From positions 146,706 to 199,836 of the forward strand of contig MQRK01248900.1 of the NCBI GenBank assembly GCA_001938485.1: a DNA stretch of 53,131 bases, written 5' to 3'. The translations under genes were made by a program, and so were the position numbers. Below the pieces are notes generated by a model, which saw nothing but the letters and a program-made list of their open reading frames with translations, made no database searches and was not told the DNA's origin. This document shows, piece after piece, positions 24,455-38,376 of the stretch; position 1 is the stretch's first letter; the number at the start of each line of letters is the position of its first letter. Source of the stretch: Girardia tigrina (Eukaryota).

Positions 24455-25291
24455 TCTTTATATTAATAGTATATATAATATATTTGTCTAAAAAGTGTGT
24501 TTGTTTGTTTGTCGCTCACGCTATGAAATGTAAAATTACGTAACGACGTGATTAATATGGACAGCCCGGATCGAGACGGTTCTGTCGGTACAGCACATTT
24601 GCCGAAAGACGCGGGAAACCGACGAAATTGACCGAAAACCGTACGGGTCGTTTAATTGCTAAATCAACAACGATTTTGATGATTCCTTCAATGAATTTCG
24701 TGAAAGTGTTTATGAAAATGATAATGGAATATTAATTTAATTCATTTGATAAATGACGATTTATATCACTAATTTGCTATTTATTTCGCTAAAAATCAAT
24801 TTAGTATAAATTAAATATATTCGTTATTATCAAATAATATACACATTTCATTTATAAATAAGTTTTTTATTAATAAGGTAAATTTAAAAAAAATTAGAGG
24901 TGAAAATTTAAGTGATAAAAGATCTTTTGATAACCTTAATAAAATATTTTTCAAAAATAAAAATAATACAAAATTTTTTTTACAAATTACTATCAATATT
25001 TGTCTGAAATCGGTCACGCTTAAAGTTTACAATGATTAAAATGCAAAATTGTGGAAAAACCGGATGTAGGCCGTAGTCAATCTGGATAGCATTCATCGCG
25101 AGACGGTTCTATCAGTGCAGCGCCTTCGCCAAACGTCAACGGGAGCCGACATAATTGACCAACTGTTAAATCAACTTAGAATTTGAAATAATAAATTATA
25201 AATTATAATAATTACGATTTGAAAATTATAACAGAAACTTTCAAAGACGAAAATTCAGCTCACCCCTCATATATGGCAGGTCTCTTTCTAG
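24455..25291 (+). mobile_element. Non-autonomous Helitron, copy 2, complete termini
   Basis: A|TC...CTAG|T junctions (A24454, T25292) with no TSD. TGTTTGTTTG tract near the 5' end. Homologous to 8061-8750. Confidence 0.8.
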
Positions 25292-25329
25292 TAACTTTAT
25301 ATTCGACATATGTTATGTCGATTTCTTAA

Positions 25330-26335
25330 AGAAATTCTTTCCGATCACTGGATTTTTATGGAAAATATGTTGTGAGTAAAAAATTAGTTCGGTCTGTTTT
25401 CTGTCGTCAAATTTCAGAACAACAAAATGAAAAGGTTAATCGAAGTATAATCAATTTCCATATACTACTTTTTTCTCACTCAAAACTTTTCAAATTCCAT
25501 CGCGAAAAATGTTTCATCTTTCGAGGTGATCCAAGTTAGGAACAACTTTTTTATTTCGCTGAATTCAACAGAACAACCAGTAATCAAAAGAGAAATGTTC
25601 AAAAGAATGGGTTCAAAAAAATATAGCACAAACGTTTTTAAAAACATTATGAATAAGAATAATTTTGTCATATCTTTGTTCTTATTAGGGCCGTTGATCT
25701 CGTAACATGCGACTTAAATGAATCGATTGTAGTTTATAATGATCTCTAGAAACCATTAAGTTTTCTCAGCTCGTAGTATACCACAGTCTTTTTTGCACCA
25801 CATACGTAACATGACATTTAATTCTGGAACATTCGGCTTTGGTGTTGATATTGAGGTCAATGATAAAAATTGACCGAGCATATTGTAGAAGTTTTTCTTC
25901 TCGGAGTTAATGTAGAATATCTATTTTTCATCCTCAGTCGTAATCCGATGTAAGAAAACCCTTGCTTTGTTGTTTTTGAATTTGCTGGTCTCAAATCGCA
26001 TTTGAATGCATCTCTGTTTCAATTTCTTAAGGAAACCAGTTTCCTTGCTTATCAATCATTCCCATGGGTTTCAATAAAAGGAAACCAGTTTTAAGAGCAA
26101 CTTCCAGGAATTGCAAGTTCCTCAATTCTATCTTCGAAATTTTGGTCTTCCTGAGCAAGATTGTCTTCAAAGCTGACATTACCATTTTGAAATGTCATTA
26201 TATATCAGTTGGGCAATGTTAACCATAAACCTCAGCAAGTATTCGACGCGATGCAGCTGCTCTTTTCTTCTAATTAAAGCAGAAACTAAAATCTTCCGCA
26301 CATACAGCATTGTTGAAACGAAATTGGACATATTC
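25330..26335 (-). mobile_element. Decayed mariner, mauritiana/Mos1-like
   Basis: Minus strand has FCFN*KKRAAASRRILAEVYG (Mos1-like N-terminus) and FLHRITTEDEK*IFYINS (decayed VTGDEKW). Confidence 0.75.
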
Positions 26336-28033
26336 AACACTGAAAAAATATTGGTTTTGTGTCAAACTCAAACTTGTTTGCCATTATGAAACATTCATAA
26401 CATTCAGAATCATGTTATTGAAGTGAATTGATCTAATTTGTATTCCTAATACATTACTTAAATAATTAGTTAAATAATTATTAAACTAGTTAATCAAAAA
26501 AATGTTTTCATATCCATTCTTTATGTTGGTAGAACTCTACTTGGTCAAGAGAATTTTTTGTTATCTTTTGTAGAAGGGAAAATTACTATTACATTTACTG
26601 TTTTATCTTTACTTTTTTGCGTAATATATAAACTACTTATAATTTATAAGTAGATTATTTATTCTAATATTGTTCAGGAACTTTGATTTGTCGTTTTTCC
26701 CAATTCTGAGACCTTAAAAAGTTTTTTTGATCAAATTTTCTCATAATCATTGATTGTCATCGAGAATGAGTGAGTGTGCAAAGATGGGAGAAAATTGATT
26801 GAGTAAAAAGGCCGTCAAAAATATATTTCTAAATTTCATGGAATAATATATAAAGCAAGCTAATAAAAAGAATGGAAGGAAAATATTTTTTAAGTAGTTA
26901 TAATAAAAGTATGTTATTTAAGTTTATAATTTTAGATTATTCTAAAATTTAAGTGATTCTTTCTTGAAAAATCGAAACAAGTCTTTACTTTGAAAATTTT
27001 GAAATTCTCATATTTTCTAAACTTTTAAATTGCTCATAAAATTATTCAAAAACAATTATTTATTTTTCACAAAATAGTTGAACTCAAATTAAATTTTTTG
27101 AATTTATTTCACCAATGATAAAATTTTATTTTCTTTTGATAAAAATAATAGAAATTATGTAATAAATTTAATTTTTAAATGAAAAATTATTAATTTTAAA
27201 TTAATAAATAATAATGATATTCAATATGAAGCAATTTTATTTAATTATTTATGATTATTAAGAATAATTATAAAATATAAATTAAAAATGCTGTCTCCTT
27301 ACCATAATTAAATAAGTATTTAAAAAGAAATTTTTCTCTGTAGATTTTAATGAAATTATTCATTGAAGAGAAGTCGCATCAAATTCGTTAGTTATTTTAT
27401 TATTAATATCTAATATGTTTTATTAAAAAATCTTCAACTATAATTATTTTCTAACCAGTTTCTGACTTTTATATTTTGTGTCTCTCGAAAGCTCTTCTTT
27501 GGGTACCAAACGAACCCAATTTTTAGAGGGATGAAGTTTGGTTTTTAATCACTTTTCAGAAAGAATTTAATGTTAAAGAGTAAATTACTTGAAATACGTA
27601 AAAAAAATATTTAACTGATATCTTAAACTACTATTTTTTTAAATAATATAATTATTATTAAATCACTATTAAAAATGATTATCATTAATATACATATACA
27701 TTATAATAATATATATAAAATAAAAAATTTTATTTTGTTAAAATTTTATCACAAAGATGTTACTTCATCTTTTATTAAATTTCCATTTTATTTTACATTT
27801 TCATTTTAAACCAATTACCTTTTCAATTAACTTTGTAACATACATTTTCATTTCAATAAAATTACATTTTCATTTATTTTAATTGAATTTTTAATGAAAG
27901 TTACATTTTCATTTTGTCTCAAAACAATTATATTTTAATTTTTAAATTTATAAATTCATATGATATTTGATTTGCTTTATATTTAGATAAAATAATTTTT
28001 TAGTCTATTTATTATCATTTCAAATATTAAATA

Positions 28034-30544
28034 GGTGGCTGATCGTTTCGACTAACGGTCGATTCGAGTAAGATCGTTTCGACTAACTATTGGGTTGGCC
28101 AAAAAGTCATTGCGTTTTTTACTAAAATATATATTATCAAAAAATGACATAGATGCACAAATATTTTTACACGATATAGTGTCCATTATTTTCAATCACT
28201 TTCTTCCACCTTTCCGGGAGCTTCATTATTCCTGATTCATAAAAACCTTTGCCTTTGTCAGCAAAAAAGCCGTCTAGGAACGATTTGATGTCATCATCAC
28301 TGGCGTATGTTTTTCTGTTTAATGAAGTCTGCAGTGATCTAAATAAGTGAAAATCCGATGGGACCCAGTATGGTGAATACAGTGGGTGCGGCAAAACCTC
28401 CCAACTCAGTGATAAGAGTTTCTGGCGAGTGGTCAAACTTGTATGCGGTCTTGTGTTATCATGCTGAATTACAAATCCTTTTCGATTTGCAATTCAGGAC
28501 GTTCCTGTTGAATTGAATGAGCCAATTTCTCCAGCTGATCACAATATCTGTCTGAATTGATGGTTTCATTCCTCGGAAAGAGTTCAAAAAACACAATTCC
28601 TTTAAAATTCCACCAGATGGAAAGCATAACCTTCTTTTGGTGAATTTCTGCTTTTAGGAACGTTTTGGCAGGCTCACCATGTTTTTTTCATGATCGTCAG
28701 CGTTCCACATTGTTGTAAACAATCCATTTTTCGTCACCCGTAATCAAGCGCTTCAAAAATGGATCACTTTGTTCTCGCTTCAAAAGAGAATCGCAAATGT
28801 CTATACGTTTCACCAAATTAATTTCTTTCAGTTCATGTGGTAACCACATATCGAGTTTACTGACGAATCTAAGTTTCTTTAAATGACTTCCAACACTTGC
28901 TTTTAATATTTCCAGAGTCTCTGCAATTTCTCTTGTCGTCATATGTGGATTAGATTTGATCAGTGCTGTTATTTTGTCGCCATCAACTTCAACTGGTCGA
29001 CCGGAGCGTGGTGCATCTTTCAGAGGAAATTTTTCAGAACGAAATTTAGAAAACCAATATTGACACTTTCGAAGTTTTAGGGAGTCACTACCATATACAA
29101 AACTTATCTTCTTATGAGCTTGCACAGCGGTTTTCCCTTTGAGAAAATAATGCTACAAAACATGACGAATATGCTCATTTTGATTTTCCATTTCGAATTG
29201 ACGGTAAAGTAATAAATTAAAACAAAATCAATTAATATTTTGTATAAACATAGTCTGGAAATTAAGGTTTCAGAATATATAATTGAATTTAAATTTTATC
29301 ACATCGTTTTATATTTTCAAGCTTTTTATTAAGACGTACTCAAAAACGCAATGACTTTTTGGCCAACCCAATAATAATCTTTAGAACAATAGTTTTTATA
29401 AAAATATTGTTTTTAAAAATAAGTTTTGATTATTTTAAGATAAAATTAAAATTTTATATTAATTTTTAAAAACAATATCTGGAAAATATAATCTTTTAAA
29501 AAAATTTATACTCTTTCCATTATTTCTACATTCTGAAAAAAAATGGGTATAAGACATAAAAAAATTTTGTTTTTGTCTCAATATATGAATTTTGTATGAT
29601 AAATTCAAAAAGATTTGGAACAATGTTTTAAGAATTCAGGCCAAAAAAATTAAAAAATATTAATAAATATTTGAATAAACTTTAAACTGATGAAAACAAA
29701 ATAAAAATTGATTCTCAAAACAATTTAAAAGAATGGGTTTTCTTAATGTTATTTATCCAAGTGATTTATGAAGTTTATGATAAAATAGGGTTTGTGTCAA
29801 ATGCCCGAATCCCAAAAGACCGAAATTATTACAAAAATTATTTTTATAAATCAAATAAGGTTTTTTTTCCTTTTAAAGTGATTTTTTTTATTTTAAAAGG
29901 AGTTTTTTCTATTAAAATTCAGATTTTAAATGTCTTAAAAATATACAAATAAAGAAAATGAGACAATCTCAAGTTTAAATGAAAAAAATTAATTTTGTAA
30001 TAATTTAGGTCTTTTAGAATTCGGTCTTTTGGGATCCTAATAAAATAATATCTTTAATAAATAAAAAACATTTTAATAATATTAAATTATTTTAATAATA
30101 AATAATATTTATTATACTTAAAATTTTCAAACAATTTTAAATTTAAATTTTTTCATAATTTTTTATAGTATAGAGGTAATAAAAATGTGAGGTGTCGATA
30201 ATTTTTTGTCATCGAAAAATAGAAGGAAAAAAATTGGCGTTAATATTACAAAAATCAATTCCTTCAGTTCCAACTGTTTTTGAAAAATAATTTTTATTAA
30301 TCTATTTTATTTATTTATTAATTATTTATTAATTTATTATAATTTATTTATTAAATAATTTTATTTAGTTAATTTATTATAATTTATTTATTAATTATTT
30401 TTATTTACTTATTTTATTTATTTATTATGTATTTATTTATTAAGTTTTAAATGTTTTGTTACAATCAACAATTAATAAATAAAATTCATAATTATTCGAA
30501 TCGACGGTTAGTCGAACTGACCTTAGTCGAATCGACCTAGAACC
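28034..30544. mobile_element. Non-autonomous TIR element (MULE/Merlin-like) carrying a nested mariner
   Basis: GG...CC termini with inverted subterminal repeats (GATCGTTTCGACTAAC on the left, GTTAGTCGAA on the right). 8-bp TSD ATTAAATA at 28026-33 and 30545-52. Confidence 0.75.
28090..29371 (-). mobile_element. Full-length mariner, mellifera subfamily (Famar1/Ammar1-like), pseudogenised
   Basis: Perfect 30-bp TIRs TTGGGTTGGCCAAAAAGTCATTGCGTTTTT, TA TSD, 1282 bp. ATG at 29191 (MENQNEHIRH). Contains ITGDEKW, HDNTRPH and RWKKVIENNGHY, with stops and frameshifts. Confidence 0.95.
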
Positions 30545-30790
30545 ATTAAATATTACATTTTGTTTAGAATTAAAAATTAACTTTATTAGTAAATCTGTTT
30601 ATGTATTTTGTGTTAAACCTTAAAAATCTACTTTAAATTTTATTGTTATATTAATTTATTTTGTACGCTATTTTATAAAAATCTTATTTTAACATAATTT
30701 ATAGACCTACTATTTGAAATCTAATTTTTCATTATTAAATTGATCAGATTTTAAATTCAAAATTTTTATGAACTCACCAAAGCTCCTAAC

Positions 30791-31177
30791 AAGTATCTTG
30801 CTAATAATGATTCACAGAACTGTTGCTAATAATGTCAATCAAAACCCTTCTGTAAAACAGAAAACCTAAAGTGGTTTCAATTACATCCAAAGTACAAAGC
30901 CTTCTCTCTAATAAATCGAAAACGATTTTTGGAATGCAAGCTAATCTGGTTTATAAAGTTCATTGTCACACGTGTAAAAACTCGCACATTGGAGAGACAA
31001 ATCGTCGTCTCAAAACCCGGATTAGTGAACATTCACAGTAAATTCGATCGAGTAAGTTCTTGATTACATTGTAAAAATATTATCTTTTCTGTTATAAAAG
31101 TTTGTTTTCTGTTCTACAGAAAGACTTTGATCCACACTTTGAGCGATAGTATGTGAATCATTATTGATAAGAGACTA
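30791..31177. mobile_element. Old MITE with about 80-bp degenerate inverted arms
   Basis: AATAATGATTCACAGAAC...TTCTGTAAAACAGAAAAC is mirrored by GTTTTCTGTTCTACAGAA...GTATGTGAATCATTATT. Confidence 0.6.
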
Positions 31178-32890
31178 CAATCAATTTTTAAACATTGAAG
31201 ATGGACAAAGTAAAGTCGTTTCAAATTCTAAAATATATTATTAAATTTTAAAAAATGTGGACATTATTGTCAAAAAAAATTGAAAAAACTAAAATAAATA
31301 AAAAAAATAATTCCTTTAAAACTAACATTCATAAAACTAACATTAAAACTAATAAATATTAGAAACAAGTTCAATAATCAATTTCTTAAAATAGCTTTAA
31401 AAAATATTTTTCAAAAATATTCATTTAGAGTTCTCAACACACAATTATATCTAGAAATATATATATATATATATACTAAAAAAGCCTTTTTTGGAGGAAA
31501 AAGAATGTAAAAGACTAAAAATTTTATAAAACTGTCAAAAAGTTACAGGTATAGTAGAGCAGAAGCTTTCTTTGATGCAGTAAGTCATCTTTCTGATTTA
31601 TATAAATTTGTGCAAATAACATGTACACAACATTCAAAATAATGGAGAATGTTGAAACTTTTTGTTATTTTATAATTTTAGTAATATAAATAGATACTTG
31701 TAGAAAGAAGATATCTCCTTCATTTAATATATAAATTATATTAATAGTTTATTTGATTAATATTAATGAAAGAAAGGTGTAGTTAAGGAGAAGAGAACTA
31801 AAACTTTTGAGTTTAGATAAAAGACTTTATTTATCACAACCGCTATGTGTACTCTGATACGTAAATGCTTCCATCATTTTGCAATGGAAATTGAAATAAC
31901 TTGTATGAGTTGCCCTTAATAACACCAATTTATATTTTTATTTATTTTTGGTTAGCCATTAAAATTTTGCAAAACGTTTAAAATAATACGTAAGAAGTAA
32001 AGTTTAAATTAATAAACACGAAGGTGAATTTGGTATTCTAATCTTTTAATATCACTTATTAAATTTTATGAGGATTTCGGAAAAGAAATTGCTTTAAAAT
32101 ACTTTAATATAAATTGATACTTTACAGGGTAAATAATACTTTAACACTTTGTACGTTTAAACATAATTGTTTTATCAGAATATTATTTCAAAATATATTT
32201 TTGGTATTCTAATTTATTATTGCAGTTATTGAAAAATAAAGAAATGCAATAAGACTTTATTTTATCAACACATTTGATATAATTGACCCAGATTCGAAAA
32301 ATGACCTCTTTTTTGATTCTTAAAGCAACACCAAATAATAAAATTACAACACTTCCCCTTATCTTCAAGGCACATATACATCTTCCATCTGAGCACTGAA
32401 GAGTCAAGTTCTTTTCTCATGACTGTACCCCAGCGGAGACAAAGTCCTTGAACTGAGCTGACCTCACGATCACTTTAATCAATTTCTGCTTATTTCTCTC
32501 GTCACCCTGAAGCTGACCGCTTTCCGAGTCTTTTATGTCACAATAACCGGAAAACTCATATTCTGAATCGGAGCTATCACACCCTTCTGAATCACTCGCA
32601 AATTTATTGGTATCACCCTTGGGTCTTTTGTACTACTCTCATGCATGTGCCAAACTTTTGATACCCGGTATTGGATTCCGTCAATATCCCCTTGATAGAG
32701 TAGTGCAACTCGCTCACTATCACATTCATCCACTACGTGTACATGTTGGGTTCATCGGCTTCCCAAACACTACTTTCTCCGTGTGTCCTATAATATGAAA
32801 CCTCAGAATCTCCATTGCGAAATCGACTAGAAGAGGTAGTCGTTGCCACTGAGCGAACACAGTTGATGCTGTAATTACTCCGCTTAAGTT

Positions 32891-33112
32891 TTAGTTAGCG
32901 TTGTACCACGTCACCATATCATTGAACGGTTTTTCAGTACATGCTGACATGCGCTTGACGATTCCATCCCCACAGGGCTGATTGATGCACCAAAATTTCA
33001 TGTTAAGACCCATTTCAGACAGTAACTTCCGAATTGTCGCGCCATTAAGCATCCTAAAATTATCAAGCAGTAACTTTTTTGGGAGACAGAACACGGTAAT
33101 CACAGACTTCAA
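32891..33112 (-). mobile_element. LTR-retrotransposon integrase relic, within a larger decayed block of about 32380-33500
   Basis: VFCLPKKLLLDNFRMLNG...QPCGDGIVKRM resembles FGxPxxLxxDNG...PxxNGxVER. Confidence 0.65.
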
Positions 33113-34543
33113 TGCTACTTATAAGTATGTCACCATCGAGAAGATTTTTCTACTCACAGTGAACTGTCCCTCTGAGATTTTCATCAGTTTCATGAATTTT
33201 TCTAGATTTCATCAATTCTCGGATTCACATTCGCTTCAAAAGCATGTGCTATTACTTTTTTCTTCGAATAATGTTTAGGAAACCTGGTCACTCTATCTGA
33301 AAAATTAGATTAGGATTTCACCAGTTGCAGTACTAGTTCGAAATTTCTGCTGGTCCTTCAATTCTCAAATGATATTGAACCTTCGTTGCAGTAGATGTTC
33401 AGATAAGATGCGTGTTTTTGGTTATGTTTATTCTTAAATACTAACATGAGCTATCCGTATACTGTTTTTGAGTCCGTCATTTGTTTGCATTTATGAAAAC
33501 CATAAGTTATTGCCAAATTTATACCTCTAATGGCTGAATCCAGTTCGCTCTTATTAATGTGGTTTGCATTTTCATCTTTTCTTAGCCAAGCAGCATACTC
33601 GTCCATATCACCATTTTTAAATATTAGAAATAAGCGAAATTATTGTTCAAAGAGACAAAGAAACGAAAATATTTGTTTAAATTTTGTGTATAATAAATTC
33701 TCATTTCATTAACCTTAATAATCAATTTCGAAATTAGGACTGCAGAAATAGACATTACAACACAGATAAAAAAGGATATGGTTTATTACTGTTTAATACT
33801 AATTCAGGATAATGTGTGTGAGGAATATGGGGTGTGTAATTGTTTTTGTAGTGTTTGCATGTTTAAATGTTGTGTGTTGATTTGGGATGGTGCCTCTCCT
33901 AACCAGATGGATGATCAATATTTTAATTCTTATAATATGAAACTAATTTATTTAAATTTAGATTTAATATTCAAATTTTTAATTTTTATTATTGCAACTT
34001 TTAAATAATTTTATTGATTTTATTTTTGTAAATTTTTAAATAATTAAAATCAAATTAATGTTTCAAAATGACTATAGAAATATTTTATTTAAGTCAATAA
34101 AATTTAAATTAAATATTTTTTTTAATAAAATAATTTTTCAAGTATAGTTCAGATTATAATGAGAGATATTGAAATTGAGTGATGGATTATAGTGAAAGCA
34201 ATACTATTGATCATCATAAAGATGATAAGAAATGTGAATGTAATAAATGTTCTGTCAAATGTTCTCTTAACAATGTGTATTAAAAATTGTAGATTACGTC
34301 TTCCTTTTATCTGCTTGTTAAAATTTGAAGTTTAAATTCAGGATTTAGATATGTTGATGAGGAATCTTAATAGGCATTTTAAAACTTTTTAAGGAATACA
34401 TTTCGATAGAATTTTTTTGGATTAAATAAGAGATTCCTTCTTCAAGTACAGAATTGTCACATGAATGTGGTTGCATTTAACTTTGAAAACAGATATGAAG
34501 TTATTTTAAATGTTAATTATTTAATACATAATTTTATTAAGTA

Positions 34544-34806
34544 TTGGGGATTGAGTATATAAAATATTATATTAAAAAAAGTTTTTTTGAAAAATATATA
34601 AATAATACTTCATAATAAATTTTAAAAATTTCTTAATAAAATAAAATTAAAAAGTATGTATGATAAAAGTATTTCTTAAAATTTTTATTAGATATATTTT
34701 TTTAATTTGATGTTTATTAAGAAATTTTTAAAATTTATTATGAAGTATTATTTATATTTTTTTCAAAAAAACTTTTTATATAATATTTTATATACTCTAT
34801 CCCCAA
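34544..34806. mobile_element. Palindromic AT-rich MITE with about 110-bp arms
   Basis: TTGGGGATTGAGTATATAAAATATTATA... is mirrored by ...TATAATATTTTATATACTCTATCCCCAA. Confidence 0.8.
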
Positions 34807-35335
34807 CAGAAGTATTTTCATTCCAAGAATAATTAATAGTCTTTTAGAAGAGATCATTTTCTGATCTTGGCTTTTAAAACTACAAAAATGAATAAAATAT
34901 AAATACGAATACACAAAAATAAAAATCGTGGAACAAACAATAATAATTGCACAATTACACATTAAATGATATGTGATAAATAATTATATATTTATATTGC
35001 AAAATATTTTTAATTTGTCCTTTATGTTGTCTAAAAAATATTTGGTCGCTGTAATTATAATATGCAATGTAAATTATTGTTAGCGAAATATGTTTAAATC
35101 TAGAAATATCTATTCATATGACAATACTCAATAAAATTAATTAAATTAGTTAATTTCTTTATTGAATTGACCAACTTCACCAATTATTGCCAATATTCGA
35201 CCAGAACATGACTGGAAATCGAAATCTAAAATGTAATTTGATGTTGAGCTTTTTTTGTCTTGTATCTTTTATCTCAAGGAATTTCGATTAAGAATTTTAT
35301 GTCAACACCATTTCGTTTTTTACACTTTCTTAGTA

Positions 35336-35973
35336 TTAGGTTGTTTAAAAAATAATGTCGTTTTTTAACCTTAATCTTTAAAGACAAATATCTCAGCGTA
35401 GAATCAACTTTATTAATCGAAATTTAAAAAACCGTTAACATCAATACACTTTTGCTAACGTTGCACAGGTTTATTTATTCCGGTTGCATAAAATTCTGGC
35501 TTTCTAGAGGTGATGAAATCGTTGAAGGCAGTTTTAGCATCCCCTTTATTTTGAAGTATTTCACCTGGAGAAAAATGTCAAAATGTTTGAAAAAGTAATA
35601 ATCAGTAGGCGAGAGGTCAGGTGAGTATTGTGGATGACTCAAAGTTTCGTAGCCAAGTTCGTTCAACAGTTGCATTGTCAGTCGTACGATGTGTGGCCGA
35701 GTGTTGTCGTGGCGTTGATATTACGGGCGGTTTTGTGGGCAAGTTTGAATTCATATAAAAAATTGCTCGTAATTGCACTTTTTGCATATTGACAACTATT
35801 TAAATAAACACATTATTTTAAAGTTAATATTTAAAAAAAGTATCATAGAAATAGAGTTTTTCATAAGCTTTATATTTATGTATAAAACATAAATAAATGA
35901 TAAAGATTTATTTCAAAACATGATCAAAAATCAGGACCATTCAAAAAACGACATTATTTTTTAAATAACATAA
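35336..35973 (-). mobile_element. Internally deleted (638 bp) cecropia-like mariner
   Basis: TIRs TTAGGTTGTTTAAAAAATAATGTCGTTTTT and inverse, TA TSD. The N-terminus MQKVQLRAIF is joined almost directly to HDNTRPH...YSPDLSPTDYYFFKHFD. Confidence 0.9.
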
Positions 35974-36034
35974 TATAACGTAATTGTTAAAGTTTAAAAT
36001 TTTCTTTAGATTTTTTGGAAGCTTTAAATATTAG

Positions 36035-36206
36035 CACTTTGACGGTCGCAAGTAAATATACATTTTTCAGCTACGTTTTTTCTCGTTGAATTGTGGTATG
36101 ATACTCCAGCTTCGATCTGTCCTTTTTGCGTTCTTCTGCAATATTTGGGTTCTTTTAATTTAATTATGCTCGGGTAACGACTATAGGCGACTCGACCGTT
36201 AAAGTG
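36035..36206. mobile_element. piggyBac-type MITE (172 bp)
   Basis: TTAG|CACTTTGACGGTCG ... CGACCGTTAAAGTG|TTAA, a TTAA-like TSD with 14-bp TIRs. Confidence 0.75.
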
Positions 36207-37333
36207 TTAAAACTTTACAGACATGTAATCCGTTATTATAAGAAATTTTTAATTTCATATTTTTAATAAAAGGAATAAAGTTTTTTTAACATATTTTAAT
36301 GTTATATTTTTAAATACTTGTCGTATATTTGGAAATAATCCTTCAACGACATTTCTTTTATAACTTAAGAGGAAATTTTTGAACTTTCCAAGCTCGAGTA
36401 TTTTTCTTAATTCTATTGCGAAGATCTCGGTTTTCATAGAACTCCTTTGGGTATTAAAAATTTGTACTTCGTGTTGCTCTTTACATTACAATTTTAATTT
36501 CAAAAAAAAAGATTATAATTACATCCTCATTAAATGTTTGCCAAAAAAATCTTTCAAAGTGCAAAAATTAATAATTAATTTCGTAGGTCATTATTTGCTT
36601 TATGGTAGAGACACATTGATGATTAAATAATTACGCATCTTTGAAACATTTATGGAACATTTTTTTAAGAAAAACATTGGGAAAAAGAAAAATATCAACT
36701 TAATTAAGAATTAATCTTTAGAAGAATTAAGTAAATAATTGAGAAACGTAACTGACAACTCTCATTATATGTTTGACAGAACAATTTTAACAAAAGATTC
36801 TGCTTGCAGATTTCATTTCGAGTATTCCTTTCCTATTAATCAGAACAATAATCATGAAAATCATTACTTAAAACACGAAAAATTATTAAAATCTTTGGTA
36901 AAATATTTTCCTCATTTAAGCATTTATTTCTGAAATTATTTTCAAACTACGATCTTCTTTCATTGAAATCCTTCGAAAAATTTTTTAAAACAAAAAAACC
37001 TCTAAAATTAAGTAGTAAAAAATATAATTTTTTTATTTAAAAATTTATTTTAGAAATAAAATATAATTTTAGAAAAGTATTTTCACCCTTTTACTGCTCT
37101 ACATCTATATATTCGCAAAAAATGTGTACCTCAAAATCTTTGAACGTGTATTTTTGTGCAATTTTTTAAATAAGTTTTATGCTCAACATAACTTTTGCTG
37201 TTGTTTCTACATGAACAAAACACTGGCCACATACGAGCATAACATTCTCCAACTGCTCAACACAAATAAACCCTCAACATAAACTTTACGAACTCCAAGT
37301 CTCAAAAAGAATTGCGCAGTGAAAGGGTTAAAG

Positions 37334-37720
37334 CAGGTCTGGGAAACCTTTTCAAACCAATAGGCCGCACAGATATTTTGGGCCATAAGAAAAGGCCGCA
37401 CCACATAAAAGTCCCTTTTTATGCAACTTCTTTTTGGCATTTTTATCAATATATTATCCCAGAATTAACCACAAATGCATTACAATATAACTAGGAATTT
37501 ATTACAGAGACAAATACAAACTTATTATGATAGAAACAAGATTTTTTATTGAGTTTTTTGAAACTGTTTACTTTTCACAAGTGAATTAATAACAGGTTCC
37601 AAGATTGTTGTTTTTAGACGTAATTGATCTTTTAAATTGTCATCAGTTAATTGTGTTTTCAGCTTCGATTTTATGAGAGTCATATGGGAAAAAGTTGATT
37701 CACAATAGTAAGACGACTCC
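37334..37720 (-). mobile_element. hAT (Buster/SPIN/Charlie-like) 3' end relic
   Basis: Terminus CAGGTCTGGGAAACCT after the NNNTANNN-type site GGTTAAAG. C-terminal dimerisation domain YYCESTFSHMTLIKSKLKTQLTDDNLKDQLRL...KQFQKTQ*. Confidence 0.85.
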
Positions 37721-38376
37721 AAACACATACAAACATCAAAACATACAACATTTTTTGGACATTTAAATACACACACTATTAAATGTCATGATTGCAGCCA
37801 CGTGTTGTTGTTAAATGAAACGCACTGTATGTGAGCGAGAATTTTTAATTGGTGAAATTTTGATTTAAGAAAATATTGATCTAATTATCAAATGGACTTT
37901 TGTATCCCAAACACAAATCAGAGTAAATCTTTTATTTATTTTATAATCACAATAAGTTCAATTTCAATTCAACAATAGTTGAAAGTGTTTTTTTTTCATT
38001 TAACGTATTAAAAATTATTTATGAAACAAATAAATGATGTGACCTCCCTTAAATTACACGACTCATCCAGAACATTTTTAAAATGAAGAAAACATGTTGA
38101 TTTCACGCTCATCCATATTTTTCTCAACAATTTAAGAATTTATAATAAATGATAAAATATTATTTTATTGTTATTTTCATTAAATAATAATTTGTATTTT
38201 GCCTTGATCCTCATACATATCTGTTAACTCACCAGTAGATAGAAGTGTATGAAACGTGTATCAGACGTCTTTTTTTCAATATTTTAGATTCTCTTATATA
38301 CATGTTATAAAAAAAATTTATTGTTATATTTTATTTAAATATGTTTAGAAAAAGACTAATAAAACAATTATTTCAG

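Noticed and set aside
27344-27386. Candidate extra elk micro-exon (CTCTGTAG ... GTTAGT)
   Set aside because: It is 43 nt, shifts the frame, and gives an immediate stop in the required phase. The flanking exons already join in frame.
29746-36933. Numerous 60-100 aa F/L/I/K/N-rich ORFs, for example 29746, 33778, 34738, 36379 and 36739
   Set aside because: Expected by chance in very AT-rich DNA, or antisense to TE sequence. None has recognisable domains.
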